Source: Rubricoccaceae bacterium | GTDB lineage: Bacteria; Bacteroidota; Rhodothermia; Rhodothermales; Rubricoccaceae | Assembly (NCBI GenBank): GCA_035628035.1 | Contig: DASPKS010000180.1 | Coordinates: 1-47,537, forward strand | DNA: 47,537 bases | Direction: 5' to 3' | In this document: positions 1-9,572 of the stretch, piece by piece | Layout of the letters: the number at the start of each line of letters is the position of its first letter | Position numbering within the stretch: the stretch's first letter is position 1 | Translations under genes and position numbers: made by a program | Notes under the pieces: generated by a model | Database searches by the model: none | What the model saw: the letters and a program-made list of their open reading frames with translations, nothing else | Told to the model about the DNA's origin: nothing

Positions 1-2
1 CG

Positions 3-1169
3 GCCCCGCCTGCTACCGACCGGCCGACCGAGCCGCGCCAGCCCCTGCCGCCGCTCCGCTGGGCCGACCCCGACAGCGCCGCTCTTGCCGAGGGGTTTGA
101 GCCGTGGACGCCCCCCGATGACGACGTACCGCCGACCCTCCGGCTGTACCGTGCCCTCCTCGCACCGCCCGGCCTCGACGCCGGTCTCGACGCGCCGGCA
201 CGCGCGGCCCGTGAGGCGCACCTCCTCGACGTCCACCGCCGGCGCGAGGCCTTGCTGCGCCGGTGGGCCGAGGAGGAGACGCGGGCCGGCGAGAACGACG
301 ACGCGAGCGGCACGCTCGTCCGGCCTCGCCCGGACGTCGGGATGGTCCCCATCCGGGCTCGCGCGGTCGCCGCGTCCGGCCCGCGCCCCCCGGAGCCCGA
401 CGGCGCCGCACCCGGCCACCCGTTCGCGGGCGCACCGGCGCCCGCGGAGGGCTGCTTCGTGGAGCGCCCCCCGGAGGCGGACTGGGAGCGGACGGAGCCC
501 CTCGCGCTCTCGAACCCCTACGGCGACGATGTCGGCTACCGCGGTGAGGGGTCCGTCACGCGCACCCGCGAGGGTGGCACCGTCGGCTGGAGCACGACGA
601 CCGCCGAGGAGGCCGTGCGCGCGCACGGGACGACCGCTGAGCGGGAGACGCACGACTTCATGGTCGCCTTCTGCCCGGGCCGCGACGGGCTCGTCCACGG
701 CGAGGCGGTCTACGTCCGCGAGGTCACCTACACCCGCCCTGCCGGCGGGGGCGACTTCCGGCGTCGCGTGTCCGCCGACCTCCGGCTCGTCGGGCGCGTC
801 GACGACCGGGCCCGCCTCGTCAGCTACGACGTCCGGGCGCTCGTGACCATCACCGACAGCGGCAGCCTTTTGGGCGACGCACGCACGACGGAGGTTTCGG
901 GGCGGCGCACCGGCATCCGGCCCTGGGGAGAGGGCGGGCGCTACTTCCTCCGCGGCGCCGGCGACCGCGACGTCGCGCGGGCGCTGCTGGAGATGGCGGA
1001 GTTCACGGAGCTCCTCCGCATCGCGCAGGAATGGTGGCGCGACGGGCAGTGCGTGCAGGTCCGTCCCTACCAGATGCCCGCGCTACAGATCCCCCTGGGC
1101 GGCGCGACGAACTTCGGGCTCGACGTGGTCCACGTCCAAGGGGGTGATGCCGTCGTCGTGGCCCCGTAA
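3..1169 (+). CDS. hypothetical protein, 5' end outside window
   Basis: Frame 3 is open from the window edge and reads as normal protein (..LRWADPDSAALAEGFEPWTPPDDDVPP..). The other frames here are Arg/Pro/Gly-rich artefacts. The track ORF 252..1169 is only the Met-started part. Stop TAA at 1167-1169. No family recognised. Confidence 0.55.
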   Translation, partial: APPATDRPTEPRQPLPPLRWADPDSAALAEGFEPWTPPDDDVPPTLRLYRALLAPPGLDAGLDAPARAAREAHLLDVHRRREALLRRWAEEETRAGENDDASGTLVRPRPDVGMVPIRARAVAASGPRPPEPDGAAPGHPFAGAPAPAEGCFVERPPEADWERTEPLALSNPYGDDVGYRGEGSVTRTREGGTVGWSTTTAEEAVRAHGTTAERETHDFMVAFCPGRDGLVHGEAVYVREVTYTRPAGGGDFRRRVSADLRLVGRVDDRARLVSYDVRALVTITDSGSLLGDARTTEVSGRRTGIRPWGEGGRYFLRGAGDRDVARALLEMAEFTELLRIAQEWWRDGQCVQVRPYQMPALQIPLGGATNFGLDVVHVQGGDAVVVAP

Positions 1170-1216
1170 CGGCGGCGGCTGAAAACGGCACCGTCAGCCC
1201 GGAGGGGCCCGTCGCG

Positions 1217-1855
1217 GTGCCGGCCCGGTTCTGCTTCTCGGCGCCCGACGAGACGCGCGCGCCCGGGGGCGCCGTCCGCGCCGAGACGGTCTCGCGGCGG
1301 GGGCGCGACCAGAACCGCTGCGCCATCGCCTACGACGGCCGCGGGACGACCACGCGGGTGACGCAAGCGTTCACTTACCACCGCTCGTGCCACATCCTGA
1401 CCGACGAAGGGGCGCCCACCTTCCACGTTGGCCCTCTCCGGTTCGAAGAGCACCTCGGCGGCGCGCTGGTGCGCGACGGCGCCGGCCGGTTCGACGGCGA
1501 GTTCGAGTACACGATGACCGCGACGTTCTGCGGCCTGACGTGCGAGGACTGCGACGACCAGGCGCCGTGCACCTACACCTTCGAGCTCTCCGGCCCCGCC
1601 ACCGTCGAGCTCAACGTCGACCCCGCGGGCGGGGGAGGCCTCTGGATCGACCGGGCGCAGGTGCGCGTGCACGTCGACAACCAGTGCCCGTTCGAGGCCG
1701 ACCCCGTTGAGGCGCTGACACTCTCGCAGGACCCCGCCGTCGTGGGTCTCACGCCGGACCGGGTCGGGCGCGGCGGGGCGTTCGTCCTCCAGGACGCGTT
1801 CCTCGAGGAGCCCCTCGGCACGATCGAGATCGGCGTCGGGGGGTGCGGAGACTGA
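1217..1855 (+). CDS. hypothetical Cys-containing protein, possibly the continuation of the upstream ORF
   Basis: 212-aa ORF from GTG 1217 with protein-like composition (..FEYTMTATFCGLTCEDCDDQAPCTYTFELSGPATVELNV..). Its frame is already open from 1148, overlapping the end of the upstream ORF. Confidence 0.45.
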   Translation: MPARFCFSAPDETRAPGGAVRAETVSRRGRDQNRCAIAYDGRGTTTRVTQAFTYHRSCHILTDEGAPTFHVGPLRFEEHLGGALVRDGAGRFDGEFEYTMTATFCGLTCEDCDDQAPCTYTFELSGPATVELNVDPAGGGGLWIDRAQVRVHVDNQCPFEADPVEALTLSQDPAVVGLTPDRVGRGGAFVLQDAFLEEPLGTIEIGVGGCGD

Positions 1856-1879
1856 GCGGGCGTGGCGCCGGTCGCGCCC

Positions 1880-2353
1880 TCAGAGATCCTTCTCGAAGCG
1901 GAGGCGGTAGTCGCGGTAGGCCGCGTTGTAGCCGGCGGCGGTGACGCGGAACCCTTCGGCCAGCCCCATCACCGTCATCCCGGGGTGCTTGTTGGGGAAC
2001 GTGTCGTAGGCGAAGCGTCGGTAGCCCATGCGCCGCGCTTCGGCCTGCATCCGGTAGAGCAGCGCCCGCGACACCCCCTGCCGCCGGAACCGCTCGACGA
2101 CGCCGCCCTTCGCGCTGTAGAACGTCGTCCGGCTCTCGCCGTAGCCGACCTTGAACCCGGCCGCCTCGTGCTCCACCCACGCGAGGAGGATCAGGAGGTC
2201 GGGGCGGTCGAGCTGGTAGATCACGCGGGCCTCGCCGAAGACGCGCTGGTTGAGCGCCTGCACCTCCAGGAACCGGTCGAGCCCGATCCGCTCGATCCGC
2301 AGCCCGGGCGGGCCGAGGGCGGTGCGGGGCTGGTCGAGCTCGGTGATCTGCAT
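1880..2353 (-). CDS. GNAT family N-acetyltransferase
   Basis: Trimmed to ATG at 2353 (MQITELDQ..). Acetyl-CoA binding motif [10 protein letters not shown] lies in a protein of about 157 aa. The 2518 start in the track is an extension into the metH promoter region. Confidence 0.8.
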   Translation of the reverse strand: MQITELDQPRTALGPPGLRIERIGLDRFLEVQALNQRVFGEARVIYQLDRPDLLILLAWVEHEAAGFKVGYGESRTTFYSAKGGVVERFRRQGVSRALLYRMQAEARRMGYRRFAYDTFPNKHPGMTVMGLAEGFRVTAAGYNAAYRDYRLRFEKDL

Positions 2354-2480
2354 GGGCGCTTGCGAAGCGACGCCGAAAAGTAGGGCTCCCCGCGCATTGG
2401 CACGCCCACAATTACGGGGACCCCTGCACAGGCACCGTAGTTTGCGCCCTTCCGCTCTCCTGGCCCCTCTGCCCGTGCTG

Positions 2481-5400
2481 ATGACCGACCGCCTCCGCGC
2501 CCTCCTCGCCCAACGCATCCTCGTCCTCGACGGGGCGATGGGGACGCTCCTCCAGCGCCACGGCTTCTCGGAGGCGGACTACCGCGGCGAGCGGTTCGCC
2601 GACTGGCCGCACCTCGTCCAGGGCAACACCGACCTCCTCTGCCTCACGCAGCCCGAGGCCGTCCGCACGGCCCACCGCGCCTACCTCGACGCCGGCGCGG
2701 ACATCGTCTCGACGAACACGTTCACGGCCACGGCCATCGCGCAGGCCGACTACGGCCTGCAAGAGGTCTGTTACAACCTCAACGCCGCCGCCGCGCGGCT
2801 CGCCCGCGCTGAGGCCGACGCCGCCACCGCCCGCACGCCGGACCGCCCACGCTTCGTCGCCGGCAGCATCGGGCCGATGAACAAGGCGCTCTCGCTCTCG
2901 CCCGACATCGCCGACCCCGGCTTCCGCGCCGTCACCTTCGCGCAGGTCCGCGACGCCTACCGCGACCAGGTGCGCGGGCTCATCGACGGCGGGGCAGATA
3001 TCCTGCTCCTCGAGACCGTCTTCGACACGCTCAACGCGAAGGCGGCGATTGCGGCCATCCGGCAGCTCTTCCGCGAGACGGGCCGGACGCTCCCGGTCAT
3101 CGTCTCAGGGACGGTGGTGGACCAGAGCGGGCGCACGCTCGTCGGGCAGACCGTCGAGGCGTTCTGGATCTCCATCGCCCACGCGCCCGAGCTGCTCGCC
3201 GTCGGGCTCAACTGCGCGCTCGGCACGGGCCAGATGCGCCCGTTCATCGAGGAGCTGGCCCGCGTGGCGCCGGTGCCGACGAGCCTCTATCCCAACGCCG
3301 GCCTCCCCAACGAGATGGGCGGCTACGACGAGACGCCTGATTACATGGCGCGCGTCCTGCGGGAGTACGCGGAGGAGGGGCTGGTGAACCTCGTCGGCTC
3401 GTGCTGCGGGAGCACACCCGCGCACACCGCCGCCATCGCCGAGGCCGTCGCGGGGGTGAAGCCGCGCGGGGCGCCCGCGCGGCCGCAGACGCTCCGCCTC
3501 GCCGGGTTGGAGCCGCTCGTCTTCCGGCCCGACCTCAACTTCGTCAACGTCGGCGAGCGGACGAACGTGACGGGGAGCCGCCGCTTCGCCCGCCTCATCA
3601 AAGAGAACAACTACGAGGAGGCGCTGTCGGTGGCGCGCCAGCAGGTCGAGGCCGGCGCGCAGATGATCGACGTGAACATGGACGAGGGGCTCCTCGACGC
3701 CGAGGCCGCCATGCGCCGGTTCCTCCTGCTGGCGATGGCCGAGCCCGACATCGCGCGCGTCCCTGTCGTCGTGGACTCCTCGAAGTGGGAGGTCATCGAG
3801 GCCGGGCTCCAGTGCATCCCCGGCAAGCCCGTCGTCAACTCGATCTCGCTGAAGGAGGGCGAAGAGCAATTCCGCCGGCAGGCCGAACTCGCCCGCGACT
3901 ACGGCGCCGCCGTCATCGTGATGGCGTTCGACGAGCAGGGACAGGCCGACACGGTCGAGCGGCGCATCGCCGTGTGCGAGCGGGCCTACCGGATCCTCAC
4001 CGAGGAGGCGGGTATCCCACCGGAAGACGTCATCTTCGACCCCAACATCTTCGCCGTTGCCACCGGCATCGCCGAGCACAACCGGTACGCGCTCGACTAC
4101 CTGGAGGTGGTGCGGTGGATCAAGGCGAACCTCCCCGGCGCACGTGTCTCCGGTGGGGTCTCCAACCTCTCGTTCTCATTCCGCGGCAACGAGCGCGTCC
4201 GCGAGGCGATGCACGCGGCGTTCCTCTACCGCGCCGTCCAGGCGGGGATGGACATGGGGATCGTCAACGCCGGCCAGCTCGCCGTCTACGACGAGGTCGA
4301 GCCCGCGCTCCTGGAGCGCGTCGAGGACGTGCTGTTCGACCGCCGGCCCGACGCGACGGAGCGGCTCGTTACCTACGCCGAGGGGCTACAGGCCCAGGGC
4401 GCCGGGACCCTGGACAGGGACGAGGCCTGGCGCCGCCTCCCCGTGGAGGAGCGGCTCGCGCACGCCCTCGTCAAGGGTATCGCCGACTACGTCGAGGCGG
4501 ACGTGGAGGAGGCCCGGCAGCGCTACCCGCGCCCGCTCGACGTGATCGAGGGGCCGCTCATGGACGGGATGAACGTGGTCGGCGACCTCTTCGGGGCGGG
4601 CAAGATGTTCCTCCCGCAGGTGGTCAAGAGCGCCCGGGTGATGAAGAAGGCGGTGGCCTACCTCACCCCGTTCATCGAGGCCGAGCAGCGCGCTGACGGC
4701 GGCGAGGTAGCCGCTCGCCCACGCGTACTGATGGCGACCGTCAAGGGCGACGTGCACGACATCGGGAAGAACATCGTCGGCGTCGTCCTCGGGTGCAACG
4801 GGTACGACGTGGTGGACCTCGGCGTGATGGTCCCGGCCGACAGGATCCTCACCGCCGCGAAGGAGCAGAGGGCCGACGTGATCGGGCTCTCCGGCCTCAT
4901 CACCCCCTCGCTCGACGAGATGGTGCACGTGGCGCGGGAGCTGGAGCGCGAGGGCTCGCGGCTCCCCCTCCTCATCGGCGGGGCGACGACCTCGAAGCTC
5001 CACACGGCCGTCAAGATCGCCCCCGTCTACGGCGGCCCGACCGTCCACGTCCTCGACGCGAGCAAGAGCGTCCCGGCTGTGTCCGCCCTCATCTCGGATG
5101 AGCAGCGCGACGGGTTCGTGGCGGACGTGGCCGCGGAGTACGCCGAGGTCCGTGCCCGCTACGCCGCGCGGGGTCGCACGCAGTCGCTCCTTTCTCTGGA
5201 GGACGCCCGCACCAACGCCTTCCGCTCCGACTGGGCCGAGATCCCCGTCACCGCGCCCGCGCAGCCGGGCGTGACCGTGTTCGACGATGTGACGGCCGTC
5301 GACCTCCGGCCGTTTATCGACTGGAGCCCGTTCTTCATCGCGTGGGAGATGAAGGGGAAGTACCCCGAGATCCTCGACGACCCGCGCACAGGCGAGGAGG

Positions 5401-6218
5401 CGCGCAAGCTCCTCGCCGACGCGAACGCGCTGCTGGACGAGGTCGAGGCGAACGCCTGGCTCACCCCGCGCGGCGTCGCGGGCCTCTGGCCTGCCAACGC
5501 CGTCGGCGACGACGTGGAGGTGTACGCCGACGACGCCCGCGAGACGCCCCTCGCCGTCTTCCACACGCTCCGCCAGCAGAGCGAGAAGACCCCCGGCAAA
5601 CCGAACCGCGCGCTGGCCGACTTCGTCGCGCCGAAGGGCTCAGGCGTAGCGGACTACCTGGGCGCGTTCGTCGTGAGCGTCCACGGCGCCGAGGCGCTGG
5701 CCGCGCGCTTCCGCGAAGACCACGACGACTACCGCGCCATCCTCACGCAGGCCCTCGCCGACCGCCTCGCGGAGGCCTTCGCCGAGTGGCTGCACTTCCG
5801 GGTGCGGCGCGACCTGTGGGGGTACGCGCCCGCCGAGGCGCTCTCGAACGACGACCTCATCCGCGAGCGCTACCGCGGCATCCGGCCCGCGCCGGGCTAC
5901 CCCGCCCAGCCCGACCACACCGAGAAGATCACGCTCTTCCGCCTTCTCGACGCCGAGGCGAACGCGAGCGCCGGGCTCACCGAGCACCTCGCGATGACGC
6001 CTCCCGCGACGGTCTGCGGCCTCTACCTCGCCCACCCCGAAGCCGACTACTTCAACCTCGGCCCCGTCGGTCGGGACCAGGTGGAGGACTACGCGCGGCG
6101 GAAGGGGATGCCGGTGGAGGAGGTCGAGCGCTGGCTCGGCCCGAGCCTGGCGTACGACCCCCCGGCTGCCTTTTCGGGCGACGGGGTGGCTGCGGAGGCG
6201 GGCATCGTGACGAAGTAA
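2481..6218 (+). CDS. metH: cobalamin-dependent methionine synthase
   Basis: 1245 aa from ATG 2481 ([22 protein letters not shown]). The homocysteine-binding, pterin-binding, B12-binding (GDVHDIGKN, DxHxxG) and AdoMet-activation modules are all recognisable. The track start 2250 overlaps the divergent GNAT gene and is rejected. Confidence 0.97.
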   Translation: MTDRLRALLAQRILVLDGAMGTLLQRHGFSEADYRGERFADWPHLVQGNTDLLCLTQPEAVRTAHRAYLDAGADIVSTNTFTATAIAQADYGLQEVCYNLNAAAARLARAEADAATARTPDRPRFVAGSIGPMNKALSLSPDIADPGFRAVTFAQVRDAYRDQVRGLIDGGADILLLETVFDTLNAKAAIAAIRQLFRETGRTLPVIVSGTVVDQSGRTLVGQTVEAFWISIAHAPELLAVGLNCALGTGQMRPFIEELARVAPVPTSLYPNAGLPNEMGGYDETPDYMARVLREYAEEGLVNLVGSCCGSTPAHTAAIAEAVAGVKPRGAPARPQTLRLAGLEPLVFRPDLNFVNVGERTNVTGSRRFARLIKENNYEEALSVARQQVEAGAQMIDVNMDEGLLDAEAAMRRFLLLAMAEPDIARVPVVVDSSKWEVIEAGLQCIPGKPVVNSISLKEGEEQFRRQAELARDYGAAVIVMAFDEQGQADTVERRIAVCERAYRILTEEAGIPPEDVIFDPNIFAVATGIAEHNRYALDYLEVVRWIKANLPGARVSGGVSNLSFSFRGNERVREAMHAAFLYRAVQAGMDMGIVNAGQLAVYDEVEPALLERVEDVLFDRRPDATERLVTYAEGLQAQGAGTLDRDEAWRRLPVEERLAHALVKGIADYVEADVEEARQRYPRPLDVIEGPLMDGMNVVGDLFGAGKMFLPQVVKSARVMKKAVAYLTPFIEAEQRADGGEVAARPRVLMATVKGDVHDIGKNIVGVVLGCNGYDVVDLGVMVPADRILTAAKEQRADVIGLSGLITPSLDEMVHVARELEREGSRLPLLIGGATTSKLHTAVKIAPVYGGPTVHVLDASKSVPAVSALISDEQRDGFVADVAAEYAEVRARYAARGRTQSLLSLEDARTNAFRSDWAEIPVTAPAQPGVTVFDDVTAVDLRPFIDWSPFFIAWEMKGKYPEILDDPRTGEEARKLLADANALLDEVEANAWLTPRGVAGLWPANAVGDDVEVYADDARETPLAVFHTLRQQSEKTPGKPNRALADFVAPKGSGVADYLGAFVVSVHGAEALAARFREDHDDYRAILTQALADRLAEAFAEWLHFRVRRDLWGYAPAEALSNDDLIRERYRGIRPAPGYPAQPDHTEKITLFRLLDAEANASAGLTEHLAMTPPATVCGLYLAHPEADYFNLGPVGRDQVEDYARRKGMPVEEVERWLGPSLAYDPPAAFSGDGVAAEAGIVTK

Positions 6219-6284
6219 ACGCGCGGCGGGCTCAAGTCCTTCGGCCGAAGGCCGATATTCCCCGACGACACCCTCCCGCCGCTC

Positions 6285-6905
6285 GTGTCGCCCTACCTCG
6301 TCGTCCGCTTCGTGCTCGCCGTGTTCGTCGCCCTCCAGACTGGGGAGGGGAGCACCCAGCCCGTTCGCTCCTCGGCGGCCGGCGGCGTCTCCGGCGCCCT
6401 GCGGACGAACGTCGAGCAGGAATTCTACCCGGTGCAGGGCCGGTCGGAGGGCGACCTCCTCCACTCGATGCTCACGCGTGGGCCGGTGTGGGGCGAGCGC
6501 CGGTTCTTCGGGCTGACCACGACGGCCGTCCGCTACACCTACCGGCGGGTGCCCAGCCGCGGCGGGTGCACCCTCTCCGACGTGGTCGTTCATCTGGACG
6601 TGACCGTCACCCTCCCCCGCTGGACGCCCCCGCGCGGCGCGCCCTACGCCCTGGAGCGCGACTGGGCCGCTTTCCGGACGGCGCTCGAACGCCACGAAGA
6701 CGGTCACCGCCGCCTCGCGGTGTCCTTCGGTGAGGCCATCCGCTCGATGCTCACCCTCGCCCGCACGGCCTCGTGCGAGACGATGGACGCGGAGGTCGGG
6801 CGCCGCGTGGCCTCCCTCCAGAGCCACTTCGACCGCCAGCAGCGGGACTACGACGCAGCCACGGACCACGGCGCCAGCGAGGGTGCCCGGTGGCCGCGCC
6901 GCTAG
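6285..6905 (+). CDS. DUF922-like putative secreted Zn-metallopeptidase (HExxH)
   Basis: GTG start with a hydrophobic N-terminus (VVRFVLAVFVALQ). HEDGH matches HExxH, and the ..DYDAATDHG.. tail is typical of DUF922 as I recall the family. Confidence 0.65.
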   Translation: MSPYLVVRFVLAVFVALQTGEGSTQPVRSSAAGGVSGALRTNVEQEFYPVQGRSEGDLLHSMLTRGPVWGERRFFGLTTTAVRYTYRRVPSRGGCTLSDVVVHLDVTVTLPRWTPPRGAPYALERDWAAFRTALERHEDGHRRLAVSFGEAIRSMLTLARTASCETMDAEVGRRVASLQSHFDRQQRDYDAATDHGASEGARWPRR

Positions 6906-7519
6906 CGGGCAGCCACGCCGGAGTCGGGCGGGCGGTCTTTGAGGGCGGCGTAGAGCCAGGCGCGGGCCGAGCGCCACTCCCGCTTCACGGTGGCCGGCGC
7001 GACGCCCAGCACTTCGGCCGTCTCCTCGACCGAGAGCCCGCCGAAGTAGCGGCACTCGACAAGGTGTGCCTGGCGCGGGTCGAGCGCGGCGAGCCGTTCC
7101 AGAGCGGCGTCGAGGTCGAGCAGCTCGGCGGCGCGGGCGTCGGTGAGGAGGGCGGGCTCCGCTGGAGCGTCGGCGAGGGCGGCATCTAGGGGAAGGCCGG
7201 GCTGTCCGGACCCGCGCTTGGCGCGGTGGCGGGCGCGGGCGTAGTCCACGAGCACCTGGCGCATGGCGCGGGCTGCCGCCCCGAAGAAGTGCGCGCGGCT
7301 CTCGAAGTCGCCGTGGGCCGGGCCGAGGAGCTTGAGGTAGGCCTCGTGGACGAGCGCCGTCGTGTTGAGCGTGTGGTCGGGGCGCTCGTGGCGGCGCTGG
7401 GTGTGCGCGAGCCGGCGCAGCTCGTCGTAGACAGCCTGGAGGAGGCGGCCCGACGCCGCCGCGTCGCCCGCCCGGAGGGCATCGAGGGCCTCGGTGACGT
7501 CGGTGGTGAGGGGGGCCAT
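6902..7519 (-). CDS. ECF-type RNA polymerase sigma factor (Sigma70_ECF / TIGR02999-like, ECF43-like)
   Basis: Trimmed to ATG 7519 (MAPLTTDVTEALDALRAGD). Matches include ..LLQAVYDELRRLAHTQRRHERPDHTLNTTALVHEAYLKLLG.., RAHFFGAAARAMRQVLVDYAR and a region 4 HTH (VECRYFGGLSVEETAEVLGVAPATVKREWRSARAWL). Confidence 0.9.
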   Translation of the reverse strand: MAPLTTDVTEALDALRAGDAAASGRLLQAVYDELRRLAHTQRRHERPDHTLNTTALVHEAYLKLLGPAHGDFESRAHFFGAAARAMRQVLVDYARARHRAKRGSGQPGLPLDAALADAPAEPALLTDARAAELLDLDAALERLAALDPRQAHLVECRYFGGLSVEETAEVLGVAPATVKREWRSARAWLYAALKDRPPDSGVAAR

Positions 7520-7670
7520 GGCGCGGAGGCGTGCCCGCACGATACGGCGCCGCGGGCCTCCCCGCGCGGGAAGGCCGCACGGCCGTGATCCCGTGCGCGC
7601 CGTCTCGACGCATGGTAGGGATGAGCGGCGCTCTGCGCCCCCTCCTTCCTGTCCCCCATCCGTACGCGTC

Positions 7671-9539
7671 ATGAACCTCCTCCGACTCCCCTTCCTCGCG
7701 GGGCTCCTCGTCCTGGCCCTCGCGTGGCCGGCGATGGCCCAGCCGCACCTCGCCGCGCCCGCGCTCTATCCCAACCCCGTTGCCGGAAGCGCAGTAACGG
7801 TGGCCTACCCCGACGACGGCGCCGCCACGCCCGAGGTGGAGGTGTTCGACGTCCTCGGCCGCCGGGTCTCTTCCGAGGGCGCGCTCCCGGCCGGCGTCTA
7901 CCTCGTCCGCCTCCGCTGGCCCGACGGGCGCGTGAGCGCCCCGCAGCCGCTCACCAAGCTCACGAACGATCCGCTCGTCGTAGACCTGCGTCCTACGACG
8001 GCGGCGCCGTCGCCGCCGGAGGGCGCGGCCCGGATGCCGGAGGACCCCGAGCGGCCCGGCTGCACAGGCCCGGTGGTGTGGGATGGCCTGATGCACGCGC
8101 CCCTCGGCGTGGCGCAGGTCGGCCTCAACACCGTCGGCAACCTCGTCGTCTCCAACATCGGGTCGAGCGGGCAGGATGGCATCCGGACGTGCCTGACCCG
8201 ATCGGGCGGCGCGTGGACGGACTACTCCGGGTTCGACCCCGACCTCCTGCAGCCGGGCTTCTCGTTCGCGTGGGACCTCGACAACGACGGGCTCGCGAGC
8301 AACGGCGTCCTCTCCCGCGTCCTCTTCGAGGACGGCACCGGGCCCTTCCGCATCGACGCGGAGGTGGATCTTACGGGGCTGGGAGCGACGTGCCAGATGG
8401 TGGAAGTGTGGAACGATGACGTCCTCGCCCACACGGCAACGGTGCCGAGCGGAAGGGTGACGTTCGGCCTCGACGAGTTCGCCGGAGGCGGGGTCGTCCT
8501 CGGCATCATCATGGCCAACACCGAGGGGGACTTCCACTCCGGCGCACGCTTCGAGCGCCGGGGCCGGGTGGCCGCGGCGCCGCAAGGAACCGCACCGCAC
8601 CGCACGTTCGGCGGGCGGTTTGTTTCGCAGCTGGAGTTCGAGATGCTCAACGCCGTCGAGGTCCACCTCGGCAGTGGGGTCTATGTCGGGGACCGCGCCA
8701 TCTTCACCACGTGTACCACAATCGATCCCCCCCTCGGCTTTCGGGAGAGCCGGATGCAGTTCGCCAACAGTACCCCCATCGAGCTGGAGGACCACCAGCT
8801 CGCGGCGATGGGCCACTTCCACTCCGCTGACGACTCACTCGACACCTCGCGCTTCCTCCTCGGCACCTTCTCTCCGGAGGGCCCCGTCATCGCGCGGTGC
8901 CTGCCGGGCGGGTGCCCGGACGGGATCGGCATGCAGATCTGGGTGCCGCAGGGGAGCCCGGCCGTCGGCCGCCGGCTCGACGTCGGCCTCCGGCCCATCG
9001 CGATCCCGGCCGGCGGCACGGCCTCGGTCAGCTTCGGCGCCGACATCCTCTTCCCAGACGCCCAGGGACGCGTCACAGGTGGGATTACTCGGATGGCGCA
9101 GATGAACATGCAGTTCTTCGCCGCGCCCGGCGGCGTGATCCTCCAGATGGAGAAGGAGAACTGCGACGAGCTCACCGGGGGCGGCGAGTGCGAGGCGACG
9201 CTGGAGTACCGCCGCAATGGGGAGGTGATGCTCGAACGGGCGATCGTCGCCGGCGAGCCCGTCTTCTTCCCCGGCTCGCTCCTCGTCCGCTCGGGGTGGG
9301 TGGCCGCCGACGACGAGCCGGCCGACGCGCTGAAACCGATCACGTGGGAGATCGGCGCGGGCGTGACGATCGTGGGCGGCCAAGAGACCATCCGCGTGTA
9401 CGGGAACGGCCCGGACGCCGATGCCACGCTCGCGGGGATGACGATCCGCTCGAATCAGCCGCTCGCGATCATCACCGAGACCACCATCCCGTGGGCGGCG
9501 CCCGAAGGGCCGCAGGCCCTCGCCGGCGGGGACGAGTAG
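7671..9539 (+). CDS. secreted protein of unknown function with an N-terminal T9SS-sorting-domain-like module
   Basis: ATG 7671 and signal peptide MNLLRLPFLAGLLVLALAWPAMAQ. Residues about 28-97 (LYPNPVAGSAVTVAYP..VEVFDVLGRRV..LPAGVYLVRLR..QPLTKL) resemble the Por/T9SS C-terminal domain. The remaining roughly 520 aa match no family I recognise. Confidence 0.75.
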   Translation: MNLLRLPFLAGLLVLALAWPAMAQPHLAAPALYPNPVAGSAVTVAYPDDGAATPEVEVFDVLGRRVSSEGALPAGVYLVRLRWPDGRVSAPQPLTKLTNDPLVVDLRPTTAAPSPPEGAARMPEDPERPGCTGPVVWDGLMHAPLGVAQVGLNTVGNLVVSNIGSSGQDGIRTCLTRSGGAWTDYSGFDPDLLQPGFSFAWDLDNDGLASNGVLSRVLFEDGTGPFRIDAEVDLTGLGATCQMVEVWNDDVLAHTATVPSGRVTFGLDEFAGGGVVLGIIMANTEGDFHSGARFERRGRVAAAPQGTAPHRTFGGRFVSQLEFEMLNAVEVHLGSGVYVGDRAIFTTCTTIDPPLGFRESRMQFANSTPIELEDHQLAAMGHFHSADDSLDTSRFLLGTFSPEGPVIARCLPGGCPDGIGMQIWVPQGSPAVGRRLDVGLRPIAIPAGGTASVSFGADILFPDAQGRVTGGITRMAQMNMQFFAAPGGVILQMEKENCDELTGGGECEATLEYRRNGEVMLERAIVAGEPVFFPGSLLVRSGWVAADDEPADALKPITWEIGAGVTIVGGQETIRVYGNGPDADATLAGMTIRSNQPLAIITETTIPWAAPEGPQALAGGDE

Positions 9540-9572
9540 CAGCGCAGCGTGGGGACGCGCCGCCCTCCGGCT

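Noticed and set aside
2354-2480. A possible riboswitch (cobalamin, SAM or SAH) in the 127-bp leader upstream of metH.
   Set aside because: I could not find a B12 box or SAM/SAH consensus elements by eye. The region is short and shared with the divergent GNAT promoter. An Rfam scan would be needed to say more.
6902-6905. Convergent genes sharing a palindromic CTAG stop overlap (DUF922/sigma). Similar overlaps occur at 25865-25868 (MGMT/aroA), and there are ATGA/GTGA start-stop overlaps elsewhere.
   Set aside because: These are common consequences of compact gene packing. No special mechanism is implied.
7520-7670. An ECF-type promoter (GGAAC-N16/17-CGTC-like) in the sigma/secreted-protein intergenic region.
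   Set aside because: There are only weak partial matches (GGAAGG..N16..CCGT, and an isolated CGTCT). These are not distinguishable from background in this GC-rich sequence.
5640-8822. A 1060-aa minus-strand ORF spanning the metH 3' end, the DUF922 gene, the sigma gene and the secreted-protein gene.
   Set aside because: Its composition is dominated by Arg, Pro, Gly and Ala with no recognisable motifs. It is antisense to or out of frame with four well-supported genes. This is a typical open-frame artefact of very GC-rich DNA.
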